A stretch of DNA of 64,000 nucleotides from Octopus sinensis. Taxonomy: Eukaryota. Each line of letters begins with the position of its first letter. The stretch's first letter is position 1. The stretch spans positions 100,688,001 through 100,752,000 of the forward strand of contig NC_043005.1 in the NCBI RefSeq assembly GCF_006345805.1, read 5' to 3'. The position numbers were made by a program, and so were the translations under genes. Below the pieces are notes generated by a model. That model did no database searches. It saw only the letters and a program-made list of their open reading frames with translations, and was not told the origin of the DNA. Positions 1 through 11,830 of this stretch are shown here, piece by piece.

Positions 1-977
1 AAAGAATGCTTAAATGAAAGAACTTGCTGAAGATGGTTTGCAAAATTCAGAAGTGGAGATTTCAGCCTTGAAGATGAAGATCAAACAGGACATCCACTTG
101 ATTTTGATGATAAGCTTCTTGAAGAAAATCCTGCATTATCAGTTGAAGAATCGGCAATAAAGCTTAGTTCAAACCATACAACTGTTCATCGTCATCTTCA
201 ACAACTTGGACAGGTTCCTAAACTTGGAAAATGGGTGCCTCATGAATTGTCCGAAAGCAACCGCTAATCCTGAGTTGACATCTGCTCTTCTCGCCATTCT
301 TGCAAACTTATTTCACCCTTTTTGGATAGACTTGTGACTGAAGACGAAAAATGGAACTTCTATCAAATTGTTAAACATCGTAAACAGTGGCTTGGTAAAA
401 GGGAGAAAGCTCAACCACAACCAAGAAGGGAACTTCATGGGAAAAAGGTTCTTCACTCTATCTGGTGAGATTGCATAGGAGTAATTCACTTTGAATTGCA
501 ACAATCAATGCTCAAGTCTACTGTCAGTAATTAGAGCGTTTGAACCAAGCTTTGAAGAAAAAAAGACCCGCTTTAGTGATCTCGAAAAGGAGTGATTTTT
601 CATCAGGACAATGCATGACCCCACACTGCAAATATCACATCACAGAAGATCGAAGGGCTTGGTTAGGAAAAAATCCTCATCCACCTTATTCTCCCAACCT
701 TGCTCCTTCAGACTACCATTTGTTTCATAGTTTACAGAATCATTTGGGGGACATAACTTTCAAAAGCTAGGAAGAGGTTGAAACTGACCTTTCAGAGTTC
801 ATCGCTTTGAAACCAAAAGAGTTTTACATTGATGGGATTAAAAAGCTTGTAAATAGATGGAAGGAAGTCATTGATAATCAGGGAAAGTACATTGATGATT
901 AAATTTCAATTAAATATAACATTTGATCACTTGTTTTCTTTATTCAAAATTTGGAGAGAACCTATGGGATGACCTGG
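1..977 (+). mobile_element. Decayed mariner (DD34D-type) transposon, 5'-truncated by window edge; transposase pseudogene plus right TIR
   Basis: Frame 1 reads ...RWFAKFRSGDFSLED...LGKWVPHEL (232-249), LVTEDEKW (331-354) and HQDNA* (601). A frameshifted part reads HPPYSPNLAPSDYHLF (ORF 540-770). The terminus ...GGGATGACCTGG is followed by TA at 978-979. Multiple stops. Confidence 0.92.
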
Positions 978-979
978 TA

Positions 980-1260
980 TGTATGTATGTATGTATGTAT
1001 GTATGAATATTTGTATGCATGTGTGTGTGTGTGTGTGTGTATGTGTGTGTATGTTTTTGTGTTTGTCCCTGCTTGCCACCACTTGACAACCAATGTTGGT
1101 GTATTTACATTCCTGTAACTTAGCAGTTTGGCAAAAGAGATCAATAGAATAAGTACCAGGCTTTAGAGAAAAATATGTTCTGGCATTGATTTGTTCAACT
1201 AAAATCCTTCAAAATGGTGTTCTTGTATGGCTCTCCTCTAATGACTCAAACAATTAAAAG
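980..1260 (+). mobile_element. SINE family C, 3' portion with (TATG)n/(TG)n
   Basis: CTTGACAACCAATGTTGGTGTATTTACATTCCTGTAACTTAGCAGTTTGGCAAAAGAGA is shared with the copies at 34163-34930 and 17755-18055. Confidence 0.7.
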
Positions 1261-2782
1261 ATAAACCTTATAAGCTTATTTCTTTAAATATCTTATATAT
1301 GTCTTCATTTAACAAAATTTTAATCCCTGACCAGGCAGACTGATCAATAACTATGGAACACATCATCAGATGAAATTTCTCTAGTAACAAGCAGAACAAC
1401 TGATAGGGAAAAAAGACAATATATTGAATTCCATGACATCACATTCATCCAGCATTTAATTCACAATTCATACATGAGTTTTGCTATCATATTTTGGCTG
1501 AAATATGCCACTTTTGTGTCAATTAATTTTGAAAGTAATGAAAAGTTTAGTAAAACGACTTCGTTCTTTTTTAAGCTGCTGTTTGGAACACAAATTACTT
1601 GCTTATAGTTGTCCATCAATGTTGACGACAACATTGTTCTCTAGGAGTCTTATCTTATATTTTGTGAGTTGATAGATGTGAAAATAGTCCAATCCTGTAA
1701 TGGCATGTCCTTGAAGACAAATGACAAGGAGAAATTGCCTATTATGTTGTTGATGAGTCGGAGATGACGTTGACATCTCTTTTCTTTAAGTTTCTCATCT
1801 CAGATTAGTTCAAAGTGTGTTTGATGGAAGGCTTTAATTTAGATATTCTAAAACAAGAAATTCGTATCATAGAACCAAGGGCAGTCCTAAGCATGTTGGT
1901 ATCAAAAGGGTTACCAAACCCAATTACATTTATGTTATTAATCAGTGTTTCAAATTCTAAGTTCAATGCCATCAACTCTTAGCATTCAGATTACTCTGTC
2001 AAATGTTAAATCTTATTTATTCACATCATTTTTAATTAACTCTGAGTGCTTTTTATGTGGCCTGTGCTGGTGCCATATAAAAAGCATTCAGTCAACCTAT
2101 TCCAAGGCAGACACAGAAGTCTGGTGCAGTCTTCTGCCTCACCAGTTCCTGTCAAACCGTTCATAGCATTATGTGTTGGACTCTTAATTCGTTTCAGCAT
2201 AGTGTTTGTATTTGGCTCCTGAACTCGACCAACTCTGTCAGAAAACTGCCACTTGGTTGGTACCATTTGTATTATGGATAGTTAGGAAAAGGTTTCAGTC
2301 ATAACTAATTTCTCCAGAAATATATAAATGCTCAAATTTCACAAAATTCATGTTTTTCAAACTGATGAAAACAAAACAAAACAAAACAAACACACCCCTC
2401 ATTAATAAAAATGCCACCAGGTGATCAACTATCTTCTACCATCTATTAAGTTTTAACTGTCTATAAAATAGTTAAGAACTATTATAACAGGTGGTTATAA
2501 TAGTTATAATAGCTAAGAACAACTATAACAGGTGGTAACTGCCTATGAAGAAATTCTTCATGTTGAAAGAGTCTTTATATAAACATGGTGATCATGTTTA
2601 CTAATTCTCAAGTGTTTACAGTTTTGAACACTTTGAAGCCAATAAATGGTAACAGAGAAAAGTTAACAACTTCCAAAGTTGTCTACTAAATTTGACAACA
2701 ACCAACAACTTTCGGCTGATCTCTATAATAAAATGCAGAAAGTACCTCAAGAATTAGTTACTCATGTTAGCAGAGGAATAAA

Positions 2783-3123
2783 TCTTTATATATAAAAGTC
2801 AAGTTGTGTGTCTGTCTCCTACGATTTAGATTCCTAACTACTCCCACATTTTGCAGTGCAGTTTAACCAAAACCGGGTATCTTATAGTCGTGATTCATAT
2901 CGAGCCCTTCTGGGTATTAGCGCGCGTCTAATTTTAATGCATTTTTTCGATATTATATAAGGGAAGTAACTCTCTAAAAATGTCTACGATGAGTCAACGA
3001 TTTAAAAAAAATTTACCATAATTTTTTTCCCATTTTTGATGCATTTTTTTGCTATAACACTCTAAAAATGCTTATATAGTTATTTCCCTTACAAACCCGA
3101 GCAACGCCGGGCGATACTGCTAG
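2783..3123 (+). mobile_element. Non-autonomous Helitron (341 bp)
   Basis: Starts A|TC-TTTATATATAAAAG. Ends with a GC-rich subterminal hairpin-like CCCGAGCAACGCCGGG and then CTAG|T. Inserted between A and T with no TSD. Confidence 0.85.
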
Positions 3124-3855
3124 TAAATAATAAATAAAAACAGTGAAGAGAATTTAGCTAGCAGCAGAAAGATCGTTTCATTTTTTTTTTTTTCTTTAGA
3201 TGTTTGTGGAAAGTGACACATTATTGCAGTGAAACGAATACCGTATTCTGGAGCTGAATCTACAAAATCAACAGTTATCGCTTGTGTTCTGCGAGAATAC
3301 TGATGCAATTTTGTCTTGAAACAAGAATTTACAGAATCACACAAAAGCAGCCAGGGAATAACACTGTCAAATATTTGATACATTAACAAACAGAAAATTA
3401 AAAGGGATAAAATATACATCCATCATGAATTTAGGTTTTGTGGAGAGAATTAAAAAAAAGAACGCTTTCAAGGTAATAAAATCAAAAAACAACATAATAA
3501 TCTTGAAGGTTTAATTATTCAAGGCAATGTTTACAATATAGAAAATGTCAAACAGTTAGCAAGAAATATTCCATTAAAGAGAAATTGGTTAGCTAAAAGG
3601 AAAAATTACAAAAACTTTACATAGTATCATGTCTGTTGCATATATATATATACAGCAGTATAGGGATTTGTTAAGATCAGAGAACCATTTCATGGACAAA
3701 TTATTCCTACATAGCTCAGAATTTCACATAAAATATTAAAGAAAAAAATTTAAAAATTGGTTCAAAGATTGAATCCATGTTGGTATTTCTCAAAGCAATC
3801 TCAGAAAAGCCATTGAAAAGATGTGAAAACATATATGTATATGTTTATGTATGTA

Positions 3856-3922
<67 letters not shown>

Positions 3923-4205
3923 ATATATATACACATACACACACATATATAAATACATACACACACACACGTATATATACTTCTATACTAACATTCAAAA
4001 TGTTTACATATACATGTATGAACATAACAAAATATTGATATCACAAAAAATATTATATAAATATGTATACAACAAAAAACTGAATCTGACCTTGACATAA
4101 AAAATATACATCAATATGTACATATATGTGAATATATATTCTATTTATTATTTATTTGAATGCCATGCATCCATTTCCAAGTAAGTATAAATATATATAT
4201 CATAT

Positions 4206-7200
4206 CCCGTGGCCCCTACCTGGGACGTAGTCGATCCACCTGTGCATACCTTCCTTCTTGTGACACTTGTGAAGACCTGCTGAGGCAAGTGAAAATCAAT
4301 CAAAATAGATGAACATCAATGGAATTTGTATCTTTGTGGTACCAGTGCCTGTGGCACACAAGAAAACCATCCGAACGTGGCCGTAGCCAGTACCGCATCG
4401 ACTGGCCTCCGTGCTGTGGGAACATGGTGGCACATAAAAACACCATCCGAAGACCCGGCAAGACTAGTCAGGTCATAACCCGTGGGCCCTACCTGGGACG
4501 TAGTCAGTCCACCTGTACATACCTCCCGACTTGTGAAGACCTGCTGAGGTAAGTGAAAATCAAATCAAATCAAAACAAATCAAAATAGATGAACATCAAT
4601 GGAATTTGTATCCTTGTGGTACCAGTGCCAGTGGCACACAAGAATCCATCCGAACGTGGCCGTAGTCAGTACCGCTTGTGGTACCAGTGCCGGTGGCACA
4701 CAAGAATCCATCCGAACGTGGCCGTAGTCAGTACCGCTTGTGGTACCAGTGCCGGTGGCACACAAGAATCCATCCGAACGTGGCCGTAGTCAGTACCGCA
4801 TCACTGGCCATCGTGCTGTGGGCACATAACAAACACCATCCGGTCGTGGCCGTTCGCCAGCCTCATCTAGCACCTGTGTCGGTGGCACATAAAAAGTAGT
4901 CAGTACCGCTTGTGGTACCAGTGCCGGTGGCACACAAGAATCCATCCGAACATGGCCGTAGTCAGTACCGCATCACTGGCCATCGTGCTGTGGGCACATA
5001 ACAAACACCATCCGGTCGTGGCCGTTCGCCAGCCTCATCTAGCACCTGTGTCGGTGGCACATAAAAACACCTTCCGAAGACCCGGCAAGACTAGTCAGGC
5101 CATAAACCATGGCCCCTACCTGGGACGTAGTCAGTCCACCTGTGCATACCTTCCTCCATGTGATACTTGTGAAGGCCTGTTGAGGCAAGTGAAAATCAAA
5201 ATCAAAATCAAAATCAAATCAAAACAAATCAAAATAGATGAACATCAATGGAATTTGTATCTTTGTGGTACCAGTGCCGGTGGCACACAAGAGAAAACCA
5301 TCCGAAAGTGGCCGTAGCCAGTACCGCATCGACTGGCCTCCATTCTGTGGGCACATGACAAACACCATCCGATCGTGGCCGTTTGCCAGCCTCATCTAGC
5401 ACCTGTGTCGGTGGCACATAAAAACACCATCCGAAGACCCGGCAAGACTAGTCAGGCCATAACCCATGGCCCCTACCTGGGACGTAGTCAGTCCACCTGT
5501 GCATACCTTCCCTCTTGTGACACTTGTGAAGACCTGTTGAGGCAAGTGAAAATCAAATCAAAACAAATCAAAATAGATGAACATCAATGGAATCTGTATC
5601 TTTGTGGTACCAGTGCCGGTGGCACACACTTTGTGGTACCAGTGCCGGTGGCACACATGAGAACCATCCGAACGTGGCCGTAGCCAGTTCCGCATCGACC
5701 GGCCTCCGTGCTGTGGGCACGTAACAAACACCATCCGATCATGGCCGTTCGCCAGCCTCATCTGGCACCTGTGTCGGTGGCACATAAAAACACCTTCCGA
5801 AGACCCGGCAAGACTAGTCAGTCCACCTGTGCATACCTTCCTTCCTTCTTGTGACACTTGTGAAGACCGGTTGAGGCAAGTGAAAATCAAAATCAAAATC
5901 AAATCAAAATAGACAAAATAGATGAACATCAATGGAATTTGTATCTTGTGGTACCAGTGCCTGTGGCACACAAGAATCCATCAGTGCCGTAGTCAGTGCG
6001 GTGGGCACATGACAAACACCATCCGATCGTGGCCGTTCGCCAGCCTCATCTAGCACCTGTGTCGGTGGCACATAAAAACACCATCCGAAGACCCGGCAAG
6101 ACTAGTCAGGCCATAACCCATGGCCCCTACCTGGGACGTAGTCAGTCCACCTGTGCATACCTTCCTCATGTGATACTTGTGAAGGCCTGTTGAGGCAAGT
6201 GAATATATCAAAATCAAATCAAAACAAATCAAAATAGATGAACATCAATGGAATTTGTATCTTTGTGGTACCAGTGCCAGTGGCACACAAGAGAAAACCA
6301 TCCGAAAGTGGCCGTAGCCAGTACCGCATCGACTGGCCTCCATTCTGTGGGCACATGACAAACACCATCCGATCGTGGCCGTTTGCCAGCCTCATCTAGC
6401 ACCTGTGTCGGTGGCACATAAAAACACCATCCGAAGACCCGGCAAGACTAGTCAGGCCATAACCCATGGCCCCTACCTGGGACGTAGTCAGTCCACCTGT
6501 GCATACCTTCCTCTTGTGACACTTGTGAAGACCTGTTGAGGCAAGTGAAAATCAAATCAAAACAAATCAAAATAGATGAACATCAATGGAATCTGTATCT
6601 TTGTGGTACCAGTGCCGGTGGCACACACTTTGTGGTACCAGTGCCGGTGGCACACATGAGAACCATCCGAACGTGGCCGTAGCCAGTTCCGCATCGACCG
6701 GCCTCCGTGCTGTGGGCACGTAACAAACACCATCCGATCATGGCCGTTCGCCAGCCTCATCTGGCACCTGTGTCGGTGGCACATAAAAACACTTCCGAAG
6801 ACCCGGCAAGACTAGTCAGTCCACCTGTGCATACCTTCCTTCCTTCTTGTGACACTTGTGAAGACCGGTTGAGGCAAGTGAAAATCAAAATCAAAATCAA
6901 ATCAAAATAGACAAAATAGATGAACATCAATGGAATTTGTATCTTGTGGTACCAGTGCCTGTGGCACACAAGAATCCATCAGTGCCGTAGTCAGTGCGGT
7001 GGGCACATGACAAACACCATCCGATCGTGGCCGTTCGCCAGCCTCATCTAGCACCTGTGTCGGTGGCACATAAAAACACCATCCGAAGACCCGGCAAGAC
7101 TAGTCAGGCCATAACCCATGGCCCCTACCTGGGACGTAGTCAGTCCACCTGTGCATACCTTCCTTCTTGTGACACTTGTGAAGACCTGTTGAGGCAAGTG

Positions 7201-7842
7201 AAAATCAAATCAAAACAAATCAAAATAGATGAACATCAATGGAATTTGTATCTTTGTGGTACCAGTGCCGGTGGCACGTGGCACATAAGAAAACCATCCG
7301 AACGTGGCCGTAGCCAGTACCGCATCGACTGGCTTCCGTGCTGTGGGCACGTAACAAGCACCATCCGATCGTGGCCGTTTGCCAGCCTCATCTGGCACCT
7401 GTGTCGGTGGCACATAAAAACACCATCCGAGCGTGGCCGTCTGCCAGCCTCGTCTGGCACCTGTGTCGGTGGCACATAAAAACACCATCCGAGCGTGGCC
7501 GTCTGCCAGCCTCGTCTGGCACCTGTGTCGGTGGCACATAAAAAACACCATCCGAGTGTGGCCGTCTGCCAGCCTCGTCTGGCACCTGTGTCGGTGGCAC
7601 ATAAAAAACACCATCAGAGCGTGGCCGTTTGTCAGCCTCGTCTGGCACCTGTGTCGGTGGCACATAAAATCACCCACTACACTCTCGGAGTGGTTGGCGT
7701 TAGGAAGGGCATCCAGCTGTAGAAACACTGCCAGATCTGACTGGACTGGTGCAGCTTTCGGGCTCCCCAGACCCAAGTTGAACCGTCCAACCCATGCTAG
7801 CATGGAAAGCGGACGTTAAATGATGATGATGATGATGATGAT
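4206..7842 (+). repeat. Tandem array of ~320-360 bp units derived from an RTE-LINE 3' UTR, ending in an RTE-type (ATG)n tail
   Basis: Anchor GTGAA(A/T)A at 4289, 4553, 5189, 5546, 5880, 6199, 6545, 6878 and 7198. About four 62-63 bp sub-repeats at 7411-7660. The end CCCATGCTAGCATGGAAAGCGGACGTTAAA(TGA)n matches the other RTE tails in the window. Unit motifs are homologous to the RTE 3' UTR at 45015-45812. Confidence 0.85.
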
Positions 7843-7871
7843 ATATATACATATAAATATGCATATATAAT

Positions 7872-8410
7872 GAGTCTTGAATGGCACACAGCAATGCAGA
7901 GTGGACTCTGATTTTAGCATGTTTCTCTGATAGCTTGATTAACTCTGTAGTGGTTGCAAACTTGGCCTGGACAGGGGGTAGAGATAGGAGAGTATTGTAG
8001 TTTGCTTGAAGCATTGTGTATTGTTTGTGAAATATAATGTGTCTTGAATGGCACAACAATGCAAAGTGGATTCCAATTTTAGCATGTTTCTCCTAACTCT
8101 ACAACTGGGCCAGGCTGAGTTTACAACAGCTAGGGTGTTAATCAAGCTATCGAAGAAACATGCTAAAATTGGAGTCCACCCTGTATTGCTGTGCCATTCA
8201 AGACATGTTATATTTCCCAAACAATACACAATGCTTCAAGCGAACTACAATACTCTCCTCCTTCCTTGGATCTTTCCTTTTCCTATGTTTCTGACAAAGA
8301 GCTCCACTCAAAATGTTATACCCTCCTTCTTTTCTGAGCGTCCAATAATACTATACTTGTTCCACGTCCTCGTGTTGTTGTGTTTCCTTTTTGTGTTTTC
8401 ATGTTTGGAT

Positions 8411-8412
<2 letters not shown>
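7872..8412 (+). mobile_element. Penelope-type pseudo-LTR fragment (8108-8412) with inverted partial copies upstream and a degenerate hammerhead motif
   Basis: 7986-8091 is an inverted copy of 8154-8259 (9 mismatches in 106 nt by my count). 7872-7972 is a second inverted partial copy. The segment ends in (TA)n at 8413 and contains GTTT-CTGACAA-AGAG-CTCCA-CTC-AAAATGTT-ATAC. Confidence 0.6.
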
Positions 8413-8467
<55 letters not shown>

Positions 8468-8775
8468 GAGTGTATTTTTCCCTTGTTAACAATTAACACA
8501 GAAAAAATAAATAAATTGTTACCAGGGTAGCAAAAAATCACACATGTAAAGAGGTTCTTCGAACAGTATTGACGAGACGCACTTGGAACAGTATATCGGG
8601 ACGCACTTCTCAATACTGTTCCAAGAACACACACCATAAATCACAACAGGGCACCCCACATCAACAAGGAACAACTATATAATGGCTACTGTCCCAACCA
8701 CCGCATTCATTTTTTAGACCCAATACGCAAACACAGAGACACAAGATAGCACCAGACAAGCAGGAGGAACCAAAA

Positions 8776-10986
8776 GTGATAAAAATTATCAATCTAACTC
8801 ATAGTGAACTAACAGCAAACCAAATAAATATACTCTCTAAAGGACTCAAATTTACACCCACCCCACAACACCCCAACTACAATGAAATGAAAGAAGACAT
8901 CGCAGAATTCTGTAGAAAATTACAACTTACTGAAGAGCTATACGACAAATACAATGAGGACAAATCGTTGGTTAGAAATAGGAGTAACTACACCCCCTCT
9001 AAAGGTAAGAACAAAACACTTGATCATTTCTGTGAACATATCTCGAATTACCCATATGAACATATGCACAAACAAGAACACAAACCAAACTTCAGCAAAA
9101 AAGAATGGGCTGAGCTGAACAAATTAAAACAAGACAAAACAATAACAATCAAAGAGTCCGATAAAGGGAGTGCAGTTGTCTTAATGGACACGACATTTTA
9201 CATAACTTTAATACTATCTATGCTGGAAGACACAACAGCCAATTCTACGGTATACCTAAGATACACAAAAGTAAGAAAATAAGTAACGCATGCAAGATAG
9301 CCACAGACAAAATAATCAAGGTCCCTAATCCTAATGACATCAAATTGAGACCCATAATAGCAGGACCTGCATGCGAAACCCACTGCTTCTGTAACTTTTT
9401 AGACACCCTCTTAAAACCACTCCTCAAACATGTCAAAAGCTATATAAGGGACGACCTGGATATGCTCAATCACCTACCTAATACTATAAACAAAAACACC
9501 CTACTAGTATCCTTCGATATAGTCAACCTCTCTTCTAACATCCCCCACAACCTAGGAATAGAAGCAATTCAATTCCAGCAAGAGAATTACACCAATGAAC
9601 TCCCACATCACATCAAAAAAGAATTCATAATAGAAGGGCTAAAATTCATTTTGCAGAATAACTACTTTGTCTTCAGAGACAACTTCTGTCGACAAAAATT
9701 GGGGACTGCGATGGGTACGCGAATGGCCCCCTCCTTTGCCAACCTAGTCATAGGATATCTAGAAATCAGTGTGTATCGTAAGGTCCTAGAAAGATATGGC
9801 AGCCCTTTCTCCCTCTACATAGAAAACAACTGGAAGAGATACCTAGATGACTGTTTCATTCTTTGGCATGAAAATATAGAGAAACTCAAAGAATTCCAAG
9901 CAATTTTAAATGGACTGGACGTAAACATCCAATTCACAATGGAATATAGCCAGCAACAACTCCCCTTCCTCGACATCCTCATTAAGAAATCTAATAATGT
10001 AATAGAAACAGATATATACTACAAGCCTACGGATTCTAAGCAATATCTTCCTTTCAATTCATACCACCCCAGACACACCAGAATGAATATCTCCTTCAAT
10101 CTAGCAAAAAGGATATGTACTATAGGTTCTAATGCAAACACCAGAGACACACGACTACAAGAACTAAAAGATACCCTCATCACCAGAAACTACCCACTTT
10201 CACTTATTGACATATGCATTCAATTCAGGAACTCAGACACCCCAAATTAAAGAAAAATTTACGACCAAAACCCTTACCATACATCTCCACACACAACCCT
10301 CTCAACAATGAAGCCTTCAACACCATCCTCCAAAACATACCCCTGCTGAAAAAAGACCACAGAATGAACATAATCCTCCAAACACACACGATCATAAAAA
10401 GCAAGAGACAGCCTAAATCTATGAAAAGTCTCCTAACACAAGCCCGAATACACTCTTCAACACAGAAGCCGACAGTAAAAGATGTGGAAGACTCAATTGC
10501 GGGATATGCGATTATCTAATTGAGGGATCAGAGTTCTCCTTCAAACAGGGACAACGGTTCACAGCGAAAAGCAACTTCACATGTGCTTCGGAGAACCTGA
10601 TATACACACTAACCTGTTCTGGGTGTCAAGAGCAATACATAGGCCAAACAAAAAATAGTTTGCGTAAAAGAATGGCCCTGCACAAATCCCAGATAAAAAT
10701 TCCCCAAAACAGAAAAATAGCATTCAGCCAACACATAGATATTTGCGGCAACAACAAAACACCAAGCTTCAGGATTTTCCCCCTCTACCAATTCAGGGAC
10801 GATACAACCTCGTGACAACGAATAAGTAAAGAAACTCTCTTTATTACAAAATACAGGCCACTTCTTAACGTGTCTACAACAAATGATATAACCACCTCGG
10901 CTTTAGAAAAAAACAATTACACATGCAAATATTACATTCCAAAGAATCCATTACAAATCAGCCCCAATCACAGCTATAATCCATAA
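8776..10986 (+). pseudogene. PLE RT-GIY-YIG polyprotein pseudogene
   Basis: Coding pieces lie in frames 1, 3, 2, 1: an internal deletion/frameshift near 9240-9345, a shift near 10220-10250, and an apparent single-A loss near 10477-10480. In-frame TGA at 10813-10815. Confidence 0.85.
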
Positions 10987-11502
10987 TGTGCCAACTTTAA
11001 GTCATACAGCACCTCACTACTTCCACTCATTCATATTCTCCCTTCTCTTTCTTTTTCTTCTTCTTCTTCTTCTTCTTCTTCTTCGCCGCCGCCACCACCA
11101 CCACCTTCTTCTTCTTCTTCACCATCATCATCATCTTCTTCTTCTCCCCCCCCCCTTCTACTTCCTAACTTTATCACTAATGCTTTTTAGTATAACACCT
11201 AAAATATAACACCCAAATTCTCTAAACAAACCTTTCAATAGAAATATTGTCATGAATTGAACAGCAACTGCTAGCTGCCACTGACCACTCAAAATACAGC
11301 AATCAAGGCACTCCCAAATTCCTCCCTTCTCCTCCTCCTCCTTCTTCTTCTTCCCTAACAAGAATTCACAACAACCTGGAACCCACAAGTGTGAACAAGA
11401 GACAGAGCAAGGCAGAAACAAGGAAAATGCCACTTATATTTGAACACTATACAAATATTCTTTTAAAAAAACCTTCAAATTTTCTAAATTTAATTATTTA
11501 AT

Positions 11503-11550
11503 CGTTACAGTTGAAAAGGTCTCAAAATGACTGAACCCGGTACTGAAATG
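11503..11550 (+). ncRNA. Degenerate minimal type-I hammerhead-like motif at the PLE 3' end
   Basis: CGTTACAG-TTGAAAA-GGTC(tcaaaat)GACT-GAAC-CCGG-TA-CTGAAATG. Stem I pairs 7/8, stem II is GGTC/GACT, stem III is palindromic CCGG. The core differs from CUGANGA/GAAA by several substitutions. Confidence 0.5.
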
Positions 11551-11630
11551 TTCTTTATAAAATTATTTTAGCATTTTCTATCTTGACCTGTTTTTTATAT
11601 ATATCAACTCGTGTGTTCCTTTTCATCCTT

Positions 11631-11634
<4 letters not shown>

Positions 11635-11671
<37 letters not shown>

Positions 11672-11672
11672 C

Positions 11673-11705
<33 letters not shown>

Positions 11706-11760
11706 CTTACATGCATATATACATATATATATACACATATATATACACACGCATATATAA

Positions 11761-11809
<49 letters not shown>

Positions 11810-11830
11810 CATACACATATATACATGTGT
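11635..11830. repeat. (TA)n/(TACA)n compound microsatellite; representative of many (e.g. 3830-3980, 12850-13010, 19870-20110, 20290-20450, 37990-38140, 39240-39560, 51140-51320, 59200-59300)
   Basis: Directly visible di- and tetranucleotide runs. These generate the IYIY/THTH ORFs in the track. Confidence 0.95.

Larger units (their letters stand above)
8462..11635 (+). mobile_element. Penelope-like retroelement (probably Neptune clade), disrupted, flanked by (TA)n on both sides
   Basis: N-terminal region LSKGLKFTPTP...IKESDKGSAVV (8776-9282). RT: RPII, LLVSFDIVNL, QKLGTAMGTRMAPSFANL, WKRYLDDCF, LPFLDI, YYKPTD (9345-10250). Linker CGRLNCGIC, then GIY-YIG endonuclease NLIYTLTCSGCQEQYIGQT...ALH...QH...KYRPLLN (frame 1, 10498-10986). 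Clade call is from the C-terminal EN and the Cys linker. Confidence 0.92.

Noticed and set aside
3277-3303. Plus-strand peptide IACVLREY*, matching a stretch I recall from human AGBL4
   Set aside because: It is on the wrong strand and in the wrong order relative to the real exon, is followed immediately by a stop, and has no splice sites or flanking similarity. I treat it as coincidence.
3777-4100. Long IYIY/THTH/poly-N/poly-H ORFs (also 11555-11932, 21839-22175, 26211-26598, 27484-28053, 39241-39702, 51032-51385)
   Set aside because: They are translations of di- and trinucleotide microsatellites that lack stop codons; there is no coding signal.
5531-5556. CTGTTGA-GGCAAGT-GAAA in each satellite monomer as a hammerhead core
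   Set aside because: The invariant A6 is T or C in all monomers I read, stem II cannot form, and I found no stem I or III.
4206-7842. Array resembling a CRISPR or repeat-spacer locus, with many overlapping ORFs
   Set aside because: There are no unique spacers and no cas genes. The units are homologous to an RTE 3' UTR, and the ORFs occur in several frames on both strands.
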